Assembly (NCBI GenBank): GCA_002773535.1
Contig: PFAZ01000001.1
Location: 154,806 to 218,805 of the forward strand
Reading direction: 5' to 3'
DNA length: 64,000 nt
DNA from: Candidatus Harrisonbacteria bacterium CG10_big_fil_rev_8_21_14_0_10_40_38
GTDB lineage: Bacteria > Patescibacteriota > Minisyncoccia > UBA6257 > 1-14-0-10-40-38
A program made the position numbers and the translations under genes. Below the pieces are notes generated by a model, which saw nothing but the letters and a program-made list of their open reading frames with translations, was not told the origin of the DNA and made no database searches. The first letter of the stretch is position 1, and each line of letters starts with the position of its first letter. Below, one piece after another: positions 40,031-50,039 of the stretch.

Positions 40031-40104
40031 TTGGAGCGGGTAACGGGAATCGGACCCGTGTCTCAACCTTGGGAAGGTCGCGTACTGCCACTGTACTATA
40101 CCCG
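40031..40104 (-). tRNA. tRNA-Gly (anticodon CCC), CCA encoded
   Basis: GCGGGTA/TACCCGC acceptor; D arm GTAC-AGTGGCA-GTAC; anticodon loop TTCCCAA; T arm ACGGG-TCCGATT-CCCGT; ends TCCA. Confidence 0.75.
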
Positions 40105-40412
40105 CATACCAATCTTTATATCACCACTTTCACTTACATTTCAACACAAAAAACTAGCTCTGTTCTATTTGATTTTATAAATCAAATAGAACTACCTTAA
40201 GTCCAACTACGCTAAAAACGCACAATGAAAATGAATTACACAAAACACCTCTGTATATTATTTTTCGAAACTCCGCAGGTAATTCGGCTTGGTTCCCCGC
40301 ATTACGGGGACGAATTACCGAGGACAAGCAAGTGAGCCGCTGGAGCGAACGCAGCGTGTTGAGAAAAGTAATATGGAGAGGTGTTTAATTCAAAAAATAA
40401 AACCACCAATTT

Positions 40413-41000
40413 TCATTGTGCGTTTCTCAACACCACCTTCTCTCCATCCCAATTCAAGTCTCTTGCAAAAACAAATACCCTTGCCTTCTTCCTCGCCTCT
40501 AAAGACCAGTCAGAAAACTCCGATTCATCGGTTTTTATCTGTTCCTCAAGTATTTCAGCTCGCGCTTTTGGTTCAAGTATTAAAGCCTTAAACCTATCCA
40601 CCGACAATCCATAAAGCGCGGTAACCCCTTCCCTAAATTCTTTACTTGAAACATTAAGCGGTTCAAATTTCTTCTCCACAAGATTTTCAACATTACCACC
40701 CACCCGCTTACTAAGTTCATCTTCTATCAAAACATTTTCAATCATCTGCTCAAGCATCAATCTCCTCAACTCCGCAGAACTCGAAGGAATAGCTTCTGAA
40801 ATAGAATCATTTGGATAAGAATCAATCAGTTTTGTGTAATAGTGTTCAGCTGATAACAAAGACTCCCTATAAGAAAATTCTGAAATAATATGAGAGTTAA
40901 CAATCGCTACCGGATAATAACCAAGCTGAATTGTATAAAAACCCAAAAGTCCTAAAATCATTAAAGCCAAAAATATTAAATAAGGTTTTTTTATATTCAT
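40413..41000 (-). CDS. membrane-anchored hypothetical protein (SurA-N-like helical region)
   Basis: N-terminal TM followed by a helical domain; 195 aa. Confidence 0.45.
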   Translation of the reverse strand: MNIKKPYLIFLALMILGLLGFYTIQLGYYPVAIVNSHIISEFSYRESLLSAEHYYTKLIDSYPNDSISEAIPSSSAELRRLMLEQMIENVLIEDELSKRVGGNVENLVEKKFEPLNVSSKEFREGVTALYGLSVDRFKALILEPKARAEILEEQIKTDESEFSDWSLEARKKARVFVFARDLNWDGEKVVLRNAQ

Positions 41001-41003
41001 AAA

Positions 41004-41273
41004 TTAATTTGAGGATGGCACGATTATATATAATTCCTCCCCAGGGATTACAAAATTAAACAAAGATTTAAATTCCTTTGCGATATTATGTTCATCCGAA
41101 AAATACTCCACATCACCGGAAAGCGCTTCATTTTCAGAAGCTAAAGCGCTAACATCACTCTCTAAAACAGAAAGCCTCTCGGCTAAATCCCCCTGTTGGG
41201 TATAAAGCCTATAAAGCTGAACCCCTATAGCCAAAGCCAACGCAATAAGCCCAATATGTACAAAAACCCTCAT
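41004..41273 (-). CDS. FtsB/DivIC-like septum formation initiator (tentative)
   Basis: TM helix followed by a coiled coil (DLAERLSVLESDVSALASENEALSGDVEY); 89 aa. Confidence 0.45.
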   Translation of the reverse strand: MRVFVHIGLIALALAIGVQLYRLYTQQGDLAERLSVLESDVSALASENEALSGDVEYFSDEHNIAKEFKSLFNFVIPGEELYIIVPSSN

Positions 41274-41275
41274 AA

Positions 41276-41989
41276 CTAAGATCTATCTACGCACTGACCT
41301 TGTTCTTCAAGTGTTTTATTCTTTCCATCAGAATAAACAGTCTCGTCATGTGGGTATGAGCCGTCTAAATCAACATTTGGCAAACCGTTTCCAACCTCAA
41401 ATCTATAAGCACAATCCCCACCATCGTTTTCCATAAGTTCATCATCAGCCTCAAGTCTAGCCGTGATTACATATCTTTGACGATCAAATGAAAGATGATA
41501 CCAATAGGAGTAAACCCCACAAGAATCATCTCTAACATTACCAGGCGTACACATAGAATCAAATAGCGGATCATTATAAAATTTACCCGGCTGACTACTC
41601 AAAAAACCTTCAGTAAAAATTCCTTTATATGGCGGATCTGGGCAATATGTTTCATATCCCTGCCCTCCTGTGGGTGGATCGTTGTCTTCGTCCCTCCCAT
41701 CCAAAAACGGCAAACTACCGGATCCATCCAAAGCGCCTATCTTTGATGGACTTCCATAGGTAATGGCATAATCTCCACACGGATAAACTCCATACTTATC
41801 ATAAAAAAGTCCTAAAGCTATCTCGTACTGTCTCAAATCCTGCTTACGCCTCGCGTCCCTGCCTTTTGCTAAAAAATTCTGAGGGTTTATAACGAGCACA
41901 ACAATCAGAAATAAAACAACCAAAACCCCTAAAACAAGCAGGAGTTCTAAAAGCGTAAAACCGCGATTAGTCTTTTTCCCAAACCGCAT
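41276..41989 (-). CDS. prepilin-type (pseudopilin-like) protein
   Basis: RGFTLLELLLVLGVLVV class III signal. Confidence 0.7.
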   Translation of the reverse strand: MRFGKKTNRGFTLLELLLVLGVLVVLFLIVVLVINPQNFLAKGRDARRKQDLRQYEIALGLFYDKYGVYPCGDYAITYGSPSKIGALDGSGSLPFLDGRDEDNDPPTGGQGYETYCPDPPYKGIFTEGFLSSQPGKFYNDPLFDSMCTPGNVRDDSCGVYSYWYHLSFDRQRYVITARLEADDELMENDGGDCAYRFEVGNGLPNVDLDGSYPHDETVYSDGKNKTLEEQGQCVDRS

Positions 41990-42014
41990 ACAAAAAAATT
42001 ATAACACAAAAAAA

Positions 42015-43814
42015 CTACCTCTTTATCAATTCTTTAAATACCGAGGCCGGTATTTTTACCGTCTGTTTTTCCGCAAATTCCTTAAGTTTTTTCTTTCCCG
42101 CCTGCTGTTTCTTCCATAGTTTCATTTTTCTCGTTCTGTCTCCCCCATATAAATACCCCGTCACATCTTTTCTCAATGCTGGTATTGTCTCCCTCGCTAT
42201 GATTTTGCTCCCAACTCTTGCCTGAAGCGCCTGCGTAAATTGCGCCCTTGGTAAAAGATTTCGAAGCTTCTCAACCGTCGCCCTACCCTCACGCTCCAAA
42301 AGTTCTTTTGGCAATATTCTAGTAAGCCCCGGCACAGGCGAACCTGCCACTAAAATTTCAAGCACATCGACAGATGCCTTTTCCCAATCCCCCGGTTCAT
42401 ATGAAAGCGAAGCAAATCCTTCCGAAAGAGATTTTATTTTATCATCCAAATCACTCACAAGATCCGCGAGCGGAAGCTTTGCTGTAATTCTCGTTTTTAT
42501 TCCGGTAGTCCCGATTTCAACCTGAGAAAATCTAAAAAAATCCTGCAAAGAAAGAAGCGCTCCTAAAAATCTCGGCGGAGTAAGAATCTCAACTTGTGTA
42601 AAAAGTTCCAGAGCCTCATTTGCATCACGTGGGAAATCTTTTGGGTTTGTAACAGTTATCCATTCACCGGCCCTCATAACTTTGTATGCAACAGAAGGAA
42701 AACTATGCACAGTAGGTACATTAAATTCCCTAGCCAATCTATCAGCGGTAATTTCAAAATGAAGCTGACCCAAAAAACCGACTTTAAATCCTCTTCCCAA
42801 AACTTCGCTGGTGTCAGGTTCAAAATTCAACGACGCATCATTTAGTTTTAGATACCCAAATGCCTGACGTAATTTATCATAGTCATCACTCTCTTCAGGA
42901 TAAAAAGACACGAAAACAACTGGCTTTGGTTCATCATAACCAGGCAGTGGAACACATCCAGACTTTGAAGAATTAGAAATCATTATCGTGTCTCCAATCC
43001 TTACCTTCCCCGGATCCTTTATGCCGGTAGCAATATAACCAACCTCTCCGTTTTGAAGCGATAAACTACTTCTGAAAGACGGAGCAAAATAACCAATGTC
43101 TTTTGCCAAAAAATCAGCTCCCGTAGCGCAAAGAGTCATTCTAGCATTCGGTAAAAACTGCCCATCAAAAACACGCACAAAAGCGATAACACCCTTATGC
43201 TCATCATACAAAGAATCAAATATAAGAGCTCTGGAACAAGACTCCACCTCAAGTTTCTTAGGCGGAGGCACGCGTGAAACGATAGTCGAAAGAAGTTCGG
43301 GAACCCCTTCACCTGATTTCCCCGAAACCTTAAAAACCTCATCAGGAGGAATTCCTAAAAGCTCACTAACCTCTGAAACCGCATCTTCAACCTGCGACTC
43401 GCTGGCAACATCAATTTTATTAACTACGCCCAAAACTGTAAGATTTGCTTTCCTTGCGCCATCAAGATTAGAAAGAGTTTGTGCCTGAACTCCCTGTGTC
43501 GCATCAACAAGTAACACCGCCCCCTCAACAGCCATGAGCGCCCTCGAAACTTCATATTTAAAATCGGAGTGCCCGGGAGTATCAATAAGATTTAAAATAT
43601 AATCATTTTTTGACGTATCCTGCCAAGCCATTCTCACGGGCGTCATTTTTATCGTAATACCACGCTCTCTCTCAAGATCAAGTTGATCAAGATATTGCGG
43701 TTTCATAGACCTCATTTCAATAGTCCGCGTTATCTCAAGCATCCTGTCAGCAAGAGTAGATTTACCGTGATCCACGTGAGCAGTAATAAGAAAATTTCGA
43801 ATATTTTGGTTCAT
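42015..43814 (-). CDS. lepA: translation elongation factor 4
   Basis: NFLITAHVDHGKSTLADR G1 motif; 599 aa; LepA-specific C-terminal domain. Confidence 0.92.
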   Translation of the reverse strand: MNQNIRNFLITAHVDHGKSTLADRMLEITRTIEMRSMKPQYLDQLDLERERGITIKMTPVRMAWQDTSKNDYILNLIDTPGHSDFKYEVSRALMAVEGAVLLVDATQGVQAQTLSNLDGARKANLTVLGVVNKIDVASESQVEDAVSEVSELLGIPPDEVFKVSGKSGEGVPELLSTIVSRVPPPKKLEVESCSRALIFDSLYDEHKGVIAFVRVFDGQFLPNARMTLCATGADFLAKDIGYFAPSFRSSLSLQNGEVGYIATGIKDPGKVRIGDTIMISNSSKSGCVPLPGYDEPKPVVFVSFYPEESDDYDKLRQAFGYLKLNDASLNFEPDTSEVLGRGFKVGFLGQLHFEITADRLAREFNVPTVHSFPSVAYKVMRAGEWITVTNPKDFPRDANEALELFTQVEILTPPRFLGALLSLQDFFRFSQVEIGTTGIKTRITAKLPLADLVSDLDDKIKSLSEGFASLSYEPGDWEKASVDVLEILVAGSPVPGLTRILPKELLEREGRATVEKLRNLLPRAQFTQALQARVGSKIIARETIPALRKDVTGYLYGGDRTRKMKLWKKQQAGKKKLKEFAEKQTVKIPASVFKELIKR

Positions 43815-43849
43815 TTTATAAGCATTAACAAAAGCTACTCTAACTCAAA

Positions 43850-44350
43850 AAAAATAAAAGGTACAGCTAATCATATTTAAAAAACATCCGTCGGTATGAC
43901 AGATGTTCTTTGAAATCCCGCCTAAGTTCCCGGCTATTTCCAGGTGGGTGCCCTCAATCAAGTCCCACAGGATTTGATACTTTTGAGCTCCCGTAACTTA
44001 ATTATTTTGATCCGGAACTTTGAGCGGGACACCTACAGTATACCAAAAAAACAAAATATCAAAAGTGAATAAGAAAAGGCCCGAGCGAGCAGATGTACAA
44101 TCTGCAGCCCGGGCCTGTGTTCAAGTACAAAGGAAACGTCAGAGGGAGATGAAAAAAAGGAGAAACAAGCAGATATAACGCACGTCGAACCTTGTACTTA
44201 AACAGACGACTTTCAATCAGACTGGCTAAGAATTTCATAAACCCACCCCGTCGAGAGGGGTTTGGTGAAACGCCAAAGCCAGTCCGATCAAAAGATCAAT
44301 CCAGAATACCAATGAACCATCCCTAGTATAGGGTTATAGCCAAATTCTTG
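43850..44350. ncRNA. long GC-elevated intergenic region, candidate structured RNA (RNase P RNA/tmRNA/other, unresolved)
   Basis: About 550 bp without convincing ORFs between lepA and ndk. GC is visibly higher than the flanks. Many stems (e.g. CACCCCGTCGAGAGGGGTTTGGTG, GGCCCGAGCGAGCAGATGTACAATCTGCAGCCCGGGCC). Confidence 0.2.
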
Positions 44351-44361
44351 TCAATACCCCA

Positions 44362-44955
44362 TTAAAAAAGTATCTCTTCATCAGCCCTTTCGAAAGGAAA
44401 AAGCTCATTTGAGAGAAACCAGAGGTTAACCTCCTGCACTGCCTCCTCTAAAGTTCCGGAAGCATGAATAAGGTTTTTTACCGATCTCTTTTTTGCATTA
44501 GCAAGCGAAGACGAGTCAGCAGAAAAATCACCTCTTATTGTTCCGGGCGCCGCCTGCTCGGGCATCGTGCTCCCAACAATCTTTCTTACGGTTGAAACTG
44601 CATGAAGTCCCTCAACCGCCATTTTCACAATAGGACCGGAAGTCATAAAATCCATAAGCCATCCCCTAACCTGCCTACCAATAGCAAGCGGATCATCAGT
44701 GCCCATTTCTTTTGCAGGATCCATTTCAAACTTCTTATAAGTCTCAAGCGTCTTCCCGCCAATGATTCGTAAAAAATCATCACTGCCGGGATAATGTTTA
44801 TTAAAATGTTCAACAGTTGGCTTCGTCATCTGCATCCCAACAATTTTTAATCCAACTCTTTCAATACGACTTATCACTTCTCCGATAAGCCCTCGTTTAA
44901 CCGCATCCGGCTTTATTAGGACCAATGTCCTTTCTCTCTGTAAATCGTGTGTCAT
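44362..44955 (-). CDS. ndk: nucleoside-diphosphate kinase (long form)
   Basis: ERTLVLIKPDAVKRGLIGEVISRIE and the NLIHAS active-site His region. Confidence 0.8.
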   Translation of the reverse strand: MTHDLQRERTLVLIKPDAVKRGLIGEVISRIERVGLKIVGMQMTKPTVEHFNKHYPGSDDFLRIIGGKTLETYKKFEMDPAKEMGTDDPLAIGRQVRGWLMDFMTSGPIVKMAVEGLHAVSTVRKIVGSTMPEQAAPGTIRGDFSADSSSLANAKKRSVKNLIHASGTLEEAVQEVNLWFLSNELFPFERADEEILF

Positions 44956-44964
44956 GTTTGTATG

Positions 44965-46410
44965 TTATATATTTTTCTTTTTTTTCTCAATAGCTATCCC
45001 AAGCTCCTTAAGTTGTTCGGGGTAAATATCCGAAGGCGCATCCATCACAGACGTCCTGCCGGAACTGGTCTGCGGGAAAGCTTGAACTTCACGCAAGTAT
45101 TTTTCACCGGTTAAAGTCATCAGCAACCTCTCAACTCCATGAGCAATACCACCATGAGGAGGAGCTCCTTGAGACAAGGCATCAACCATATGCCCAAACT
45201 GTTCATTTGTCTCCTTATCAGAATACCCAAGTACTTTAAATGTAGCTTTTAGTATCTCTGGTCTGTGCGCGCGAACACTTCCACCACCAACCTCAAATCC
45301 ATTACAAACCAAATCATATTGAGATGTTAAAATCTCACCAATATTTTTCCCAGAAACCAACCAATCAATATGTTCAGGAATTGGCATAGAAAAAGGATTA
45401 TGAGTAAATGTCCACTCCGAGCGAGAGGATTTTCCCTTTTCATTTTTCTCCCCGCCAGAGGAGAATCCTTCTCCGGAGGAGAAAAATGGAAAATCAACCA
45501 CCCACGCAAACGCAAGCACTCCATTTTCTTTATCACTCTCATCGCGCAAATCAAACTTATCTGCTCCATGTTTTTTCATAGCATCAGCGTAAGAAATAAT
45601 CGGAAATGGTTTTTCTTTTATTTTATAACCCAATGATTCACAAACTGAAGTTATCATCGCTTCATCCAAAGCCATAAATTCTTCTCTAGTGGTAAAACTC
45701 ACCTCCATATCAATCTGCGTATGTTCAAAGCCCCTATCGGCGCGCAAATCTTCGTCTCTTATACACCTCGCAATTTGGAAATATCTCTCAAAGCCACCAA
45801 CCATTAGTAATTGCTTATATTGCTGTGGACTCTGTGGTAAAGCAAAAAACTTCCCTGGGTGTAATCTCGAAGGCACTACAAAATCCCGCGAACCCTCCGG
45901 TGTTGACTTGGTGAGCATCGGTGTCTCTATTTCAACAAAATCATTTTTAAAAAGAAATTGTCTAACCCTATCTACAAACTGTGACCTCAACCTGATTATC
46001 TTCTGCATACGCTCCCTTCTCAAATCAACATAGCGATATTTTAGTCGTACTTCTTCATCAATTTCTCTACCATCTGTTTCAAGTGGAAATGGAGGAGTAA
46101 TCGACTCATTAAGGATCTCCATACTCTCTGCAAGCAACTCAAACTTACCGGTAGCAATATCCGGGTTTATCATATTCTCTGGCCTCTTATTTACAGTGCC
46201 TTTTATTTTAACTACCCACTCAGGTCTAAGCGTATTTGCCAAAGAATAAAGCTCCTTATCTTTAGCGATAAAAACAACCTGAACTATCCCAGTCCTATCT
46301 CTAAGATCAATAAAAATAATTTTACCGTGATCTCTCCGAACAGAAACCCATCCGGAAAGCTCAACTAATTCACCTTCTTTACTAATAATTTCCTTAGTTA
46401 AAATTCTCAT
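44965..46410 (-). CDS. aspS: aspartyl-tRNA synthetase, compact (no GAD domain) type
   Basis: Class II motifs; FEVGGGSVRAHR and GAPPHGGIAHGVERL are typical of AspRS; 481 aa. Confidence 0.8.
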   Translation of the reverse strand: MRILTKEIISKEGELVELSGWVSVRRDHGKIIFIDLRDRTGIVQVVFIAKDKELYSLANTLRPEWVVKIKGTVNKRPENMINPDIATGKFELLAESMEILNESITPPFPLETDGREIDEEVRLKYRYVDLRRERMQKIIRLRSQFVDRVRQFLFKNDFVEIETPMLTKSTPEGSRDFVVPSRLHPGKFFALPQSPQQYKQLLMVGGFERYFQIARCIRDEDLRADRGFEHTQIDMEVSFTTREEFMALDEAMITSVCESLGYKIKEKPFPIISYADAMKKHGADKFDLRDESDKENGVLAFAWVVDFPFFSSGEGFSSGGEKNEKGKSSRSEWTFTHNPFSMPIPEHIDWLVSGKNIGEILTSQYDLVCNGFEVGGGSVRAHRPEILKATFKVLGYSDKETNEQFGHMVDALSQGAPPHGGIAHGVERLLMTLTGEKYLREVQAFPQTSSGRTSVMDAPSDIYPEQLKELGIAIEKKKKNI

Positions 46411-46525
46411 ATGAATAGCTAAACTCTAGCAAAAAACCATTAACCAAGGAAAGGTACTTGCCATAAATTACAAAAAAGTATATACTCCAAAATAGTTCAA
46501 TTCCCAAGTCTATATGGAGCATGTC

Positions 46526-46666
46526 ATGGCAAGCGAAACAGAAACCAAAAAGACCATCCGAGAAAGAGTACAAGAAAAGCGAAAAAAAGGCAGGTCAAGC
46601 AATGGACGAATCATCTTCATCGTGGCTGTTTTCGTAATCTTTCTCCTTTATCTCATCACAAGATGA
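46526..46666 (+). CDS. small basic + single-TM protein (tentative)
   Basis: GGAG SD; MASETETKKTIRERVQEKRKKGRSSNGRIIFIVAVFVIFLLYLITR. Confidence 0.3.
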   Translation: MASETETKKTIRERVQEKRKKGRSSNGRIIFIVAVFVIFLLYLITR

Positions 46667-46735
46667 AGATGCGTACCCACAAGCCCGACGCGCGAACATC
46701 GGGTTTCCCTAACTTAAAAAAAGGAAGGGCTCCTC

Positions 46736-46921
46736 ATGTCACACAAAGACCTAAAACTTGGCCACGCCTCTGAACCACTCCCTAAAGAACTCATAGACAT
46801 ACTCAAAAAGAGAGGAAAGAAAGAAAAGAGAAAGAGATTAATAAAAATCGTTGCCGATATTGTCATCCTGGCTGTACTCATAGTTCTCCTCATAATCACA
46901 CTGAAAGGATACATCCTTTAA
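46736..46921 (+). CDS. small basic + single-TM protein (tentative), same architecture as 46526
   Basis: ...KKRGKKEKRKRLIKIVADIVILAVLIVLLIITL. Confidence 0.3.
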   Translation: MSHKDLKLGHASEPLPKELIDILKKRGKKEKRKRLIKIVADIVILAVLIVLLIITLKGYIL

Positions 46922-47053
46922 TCCAACAGTCTTTTCAACTAACCCCGATACACCGGCCTGCCATGCGCAGGCCCTTGTTTTTATCACTTATTACAAAACA
47001 ATAATTCTCTAAACAATCACTATAGTCGCCTTTTAACTCAAAGACCAACCACT

Positions 47054-47085
47054 TAGCAAATTTTGACGATCGTCAAAATTTGCTA
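47054..47085. repeat. 32-bp perfect palindrome TAGCAAATTTTGACGATCGTCAAAATTTGCTA (copy 1 of 3)
   Basis: Read directly; identical to the copy at 59966-59999; core TTTTGACGATCGTCAAAA shared with 59192-59235. Confidence 0.6.
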
Positions 47086-47219
47086 TGTAAAAACATTTTA
47101 AAAGAATAATCATCTTAGCACCCCGCTAAAACCGTTTTTTTCACATTTCACTATACCAACTTAAAAAAAGCCAGACATCTCAAGATGTCTGGTAACCACT
47201 CTAAGAAAAATTGCCTTAT

Positions 47220-47458
47220 TTATCCATTAGCGTCTCCACCTCGTTGATGATCAATATATTGCCGCAGATATTGGTAAATAGCTTCAAAGCCCACTTTTCT
47301 CCCCTTCGGTGTCGCTATTTCCGGCGGCCCAGAAATTCTAAATGTAAAAACATCAAGTTCGCCCCAATAATCTGGCGTGCAAAACATTCCAACGCTTCAC
47401 ACTCTTTCAACTGATAAAGGTAGAGGCTGTGTGTCAACTGTTGTTGATAGTCACTCAT
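47220..47458 (-). other. small-ORF region with two overlapping frames (possible frameshifted HicB/UPF0150-like gene) followed by a terminator
   Basis: Frame 1 is MSDYQQQLTHSLYLYQLKECEALEC... with a strong SD. Frame 2 is MFCTPDYWGELDVFTFRISGPPEIATPKGRKVGFEAIYQYLRQYIDHQRGGDANG. Terminator CCAGACATCTTGAGATGTCTGG+T8 on the minus strand at 47172-47200. Confidence 0.25.
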
Positions 47459-47717
47459 CAAAACTTTCCTCCAATAAGGTTAATATATTAAGTACCGATC
47501 AAAAATATAACACGTAACCCAAAAACTAGTCTACTGGACATTTTTCATTCATCTTTCATTCATTCTAACCACAAAAGCAATACAAAAATATTTTAAGAAG
47601 GTCTCGGATACATTCCGTTTAATCCAACAACATATTTCCTTCCTTTTTAGGTTTTAGTGAAATTCGATTAGAAATCAATTCATTGAACGAAAATTTCTTG
47701 TCGCAAATTTTATGGCC

Positions 47718-47748
47718 GGAAAACTCCCGCAAGGCGGGAGGTAAACGG
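47718..47748 (-). terminator. rho-independent terminator downstream of fusA
   Basis: On the minus strand: CTCCCGCCttgCGGGAG followed by TTTTCC. Confidence 0.5.
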
Positions 47749-47834
47749 GAGCCGGAAAATTTGCCAAGAAATTAAGAGAGATGAATATGATTTCTGAGAA
47801 TAGAACGTTTCCTAAAAAGGAACGAAATATACGC

Positions 47835-49976
47835 CTACTTCTTTCCTTCCTTAATAAGCTCTGCAATATTTGCAGGAACTGGATCATAGTGAGAAAACTC
47901 CATAGTAAAGTTTCCTCTTCCCTGTGTCATGGATCTAAGTTTTGTAGCGTATCCAAACATTTCAGATAACGGAACAGAGCACTCGACAACTTTAAGACCA
48001 CCTATCCTATCTTCGAGAGATTCGATTTGCCCCCTCTTTGAAGATATGTCTCCTGTAATATCACCTAAAAATTCCTGTGGCATAGTAACCTGAATTTTCA
48101 TGATTGGCTCAAGCACAACCGGCTTTGCAAGTCTTGCAGCTTCCTGAAGAGCCATAGAACCGGCAACTTTGAATGCCATTTCGGACGAGTCAACTTCGTG
48201 ATAAGAACCGTCGTAAAGCGTAACTTTAACGTCGGTAAGCGGATAGCCCGCAACTACACCTTTTCCGAGAGCTTCTTTCACACCTTTTTCTACAGCAGGA
48301 ATAAATTCATTTGGAATAGAACCGCTTTTAATTTCATTCACAAATTCAAATCCAGTACCACGTTCAAGTGGATCAATCTTAATCTTTGCGTGACCATACT
48401 GACCACGTCCTCCTGACTGCTTGATGTATTTTCCTTCAGACTCGGCATGCTCACGAACAGTTTCTTTATAAGCAACCTGTGGTCTGCCGACATTCGCCTC
48501 AACAGAAAATTCTCTCTTCATACGATCAACAAGAACTTCAAGTTGGAGCTCTCCCATACCGGCGATAATTGTCTCACCCGTATCAGCATCACCACTAACC
48601 CTAAACGTAGGATCTTCTTCAGAAAGTCTCTTAAGAGCAATACCCATTTTCTCTTGGTCGGCTTTCGTCTTAGGTTCAATACGCATAGCGATAACCGGTT
48701 CTGGGAAAGTAATTTTTTCCAAAATAATTCCTTCATCAGGATCGCAAAGAGTATCACCGGTTGTAGTACCCTTAAGTCCTACTATTGCGCCGATATCCCC
48801 TGATGGAATCCTCTCCACCTCCTCACGCTTATTGGCATGAAGTCGCACCATACGCCCAACTCTTTCCTGAACATTTTTTGTAGAGTTCAAAATATAACTT
48901 CCTTTTTTAATAACACCCGAATAAACCCTAAAGAATGTAAGTGACCCCACAAACGGATCAGTCGCAACTTTAAAGGCGAGAGCAGAAAATGGCTCTTCGT
49001 CATTTGGGTGTCTCTCAACAGGAGCATTCGTTGAAACATCAAAACCTTTTACAGGTGGAAGATCTGCAGGAGAAGGAAGGTAGTCAACAACAGCATCGAG
49101 AACCTGTTGAACACCTTTATTCTTTAATGCAGAACCCGTAAGTACAGGAATTATCTGCAACGATATAGTTGCATTTCGTAGAGCTTTCTTTAAATCCTCT
49201 AAAGCTGGTTCTTTACCTTCAAGATAACCGCTCAAAAGCGCATCGTCTGTTTCAACAATTTTTTCGATAAGCTCTTTTCGCCTTGTTTCGTACTCCGCTT
49301 TTACAGATTCAGGAATCTCTTTTTCTACAATAGTCTCACCATGATCTCCTTCAAAACCATAAGCAACACCCGCAAGAAGATCAACAATTCCTTCGAGATT
49401 ACTCTCTGAACCGATTGGAATCTGAATCGGAATAGCGTTTGGGTTTAATCTTGTCTGAATCGATTTCAAACTGTTTTCAAAGCTTGCGCCCATTCGATCA
49501 AGTTTATTTATAAAACAAATACGCGGAACATGAAATTCATCAGCGTACCTCCAGTTCGTTTCGCTTTGCGGCTCAACACCTGCAACGCCATCAAAAACAA
49601 CAACCGCGCCATCTAAAACACGGAGTGATCTTTTTACCTCAACGGTAAAATCAATGTGACCCGGAGTATCAATAAGGTTCACGCGATACTCGTGCTGTTT
49701 CTTAAGTTCATCTGGAGAAATTTCTGAATTTATTCTTCTTATATAATTAGGAATCCAAAAACATGTCGTAGCAGCAGCGGTGATTGTGATACCACGTTCA
49801 CGCTCCTGTTCCATCCAGTCCATAACGGTGTCGCCGGTATGAACCTCACCGATTTTATGAGACATTCCTGTATAAAAAAGAATACGCTCAGAAACAGTCG
49901 TTTTACCTGCGTCTATGTGCGCAATAACACCGATGTCTCTAACTCTTTCAATTGGATATTTTCTATCTACAGACAT
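47835..49976 (-). CDS. fusA: translation elongation factor G
   Basis: [10 protein letters not shown]1; 713 aa; in the str operon. Confidence 0.95.
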   Translation of the reverse strand: MSVDRKYPIERVRDIGVIAHIDAGKTTVSERILFYTGMSHKIGEVHTGDTVMDWMEQERERGITITAAATTCFWIPNYIRRINSEISPDELKKQHEYRVNLIDTPGHIDFTVEVKRSLRVLDGAVVVFDGVAGVEPQSETNWRYADEFHVPRICFINKLDRMGASFENSLKSIQTRLNPNAIPIQIPIGSESNLEGIVDLLAGVAYGFEGDHGETIVEKEIPESVKAEYETRRKELIEKIVETDDALLSGYLEGKEPALEDLKKALRNATISLQIIPVLTGSALKNKGVQQVLDAVVDYLPSPADLPPVKGFDVSTNAPVERHPNDEEPFSALAFKVATDPFVGSLTFFRVYSGVIKKGSYILNSTKNVQERVGRMVRLHANKREEVERIPSGDIGAIVGLKGTTTGDTLCDPDEGIILEKITFPEPVIAMRIEPKTKADQEKMGIALKRLSEEDPTFRVSGDADTGETIIAGMGELQLEVLVDRMKREFSVEANVGRPQVAYKETVREHAESEGKYIKQSGGRGQYGHAKIKIDPLERGTGFEFVNEIKSGSIPNEFIPAVEKGVKEALGKGVVAGYPLTDVKVTLYDGSYHEVDSSEMAFKVAGSMALQEAARLAKPVVLEPIMKIQVTMPQEFLGDITGDISSKRGQIESLEDRIGGLKVVECSVPLSEMFGYATKLRSMTQGRGNFTMEFSHYDPVPANIAELIKEGKK

Positions 49977-50039
49977 AAAATAAATTTAAAATAAAACCGC
50001 CACGCACAATTTACATGCCACATTCAACATTTCACACGT

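Noticed and set aside
39975-40112. N-terminal 46 codons of the ORF-track CsoR ORF
   Set aside because: That stretch is the reverse complement of tRNA-Gly(CCC) (MVCGYSTVAVRDLPKVETRVRFPLPAP is tRNA antisense). The real start is the internal ATG at 39974.
40289-40614. Two plus-strand ORFs (100 and 77 aa) downstream of the palindromes near 40.3 kb
   Set aside because: They overlap the minus-strand 40413-41000 gene, are proline- and serine-rich low-complexity, and have no start context.
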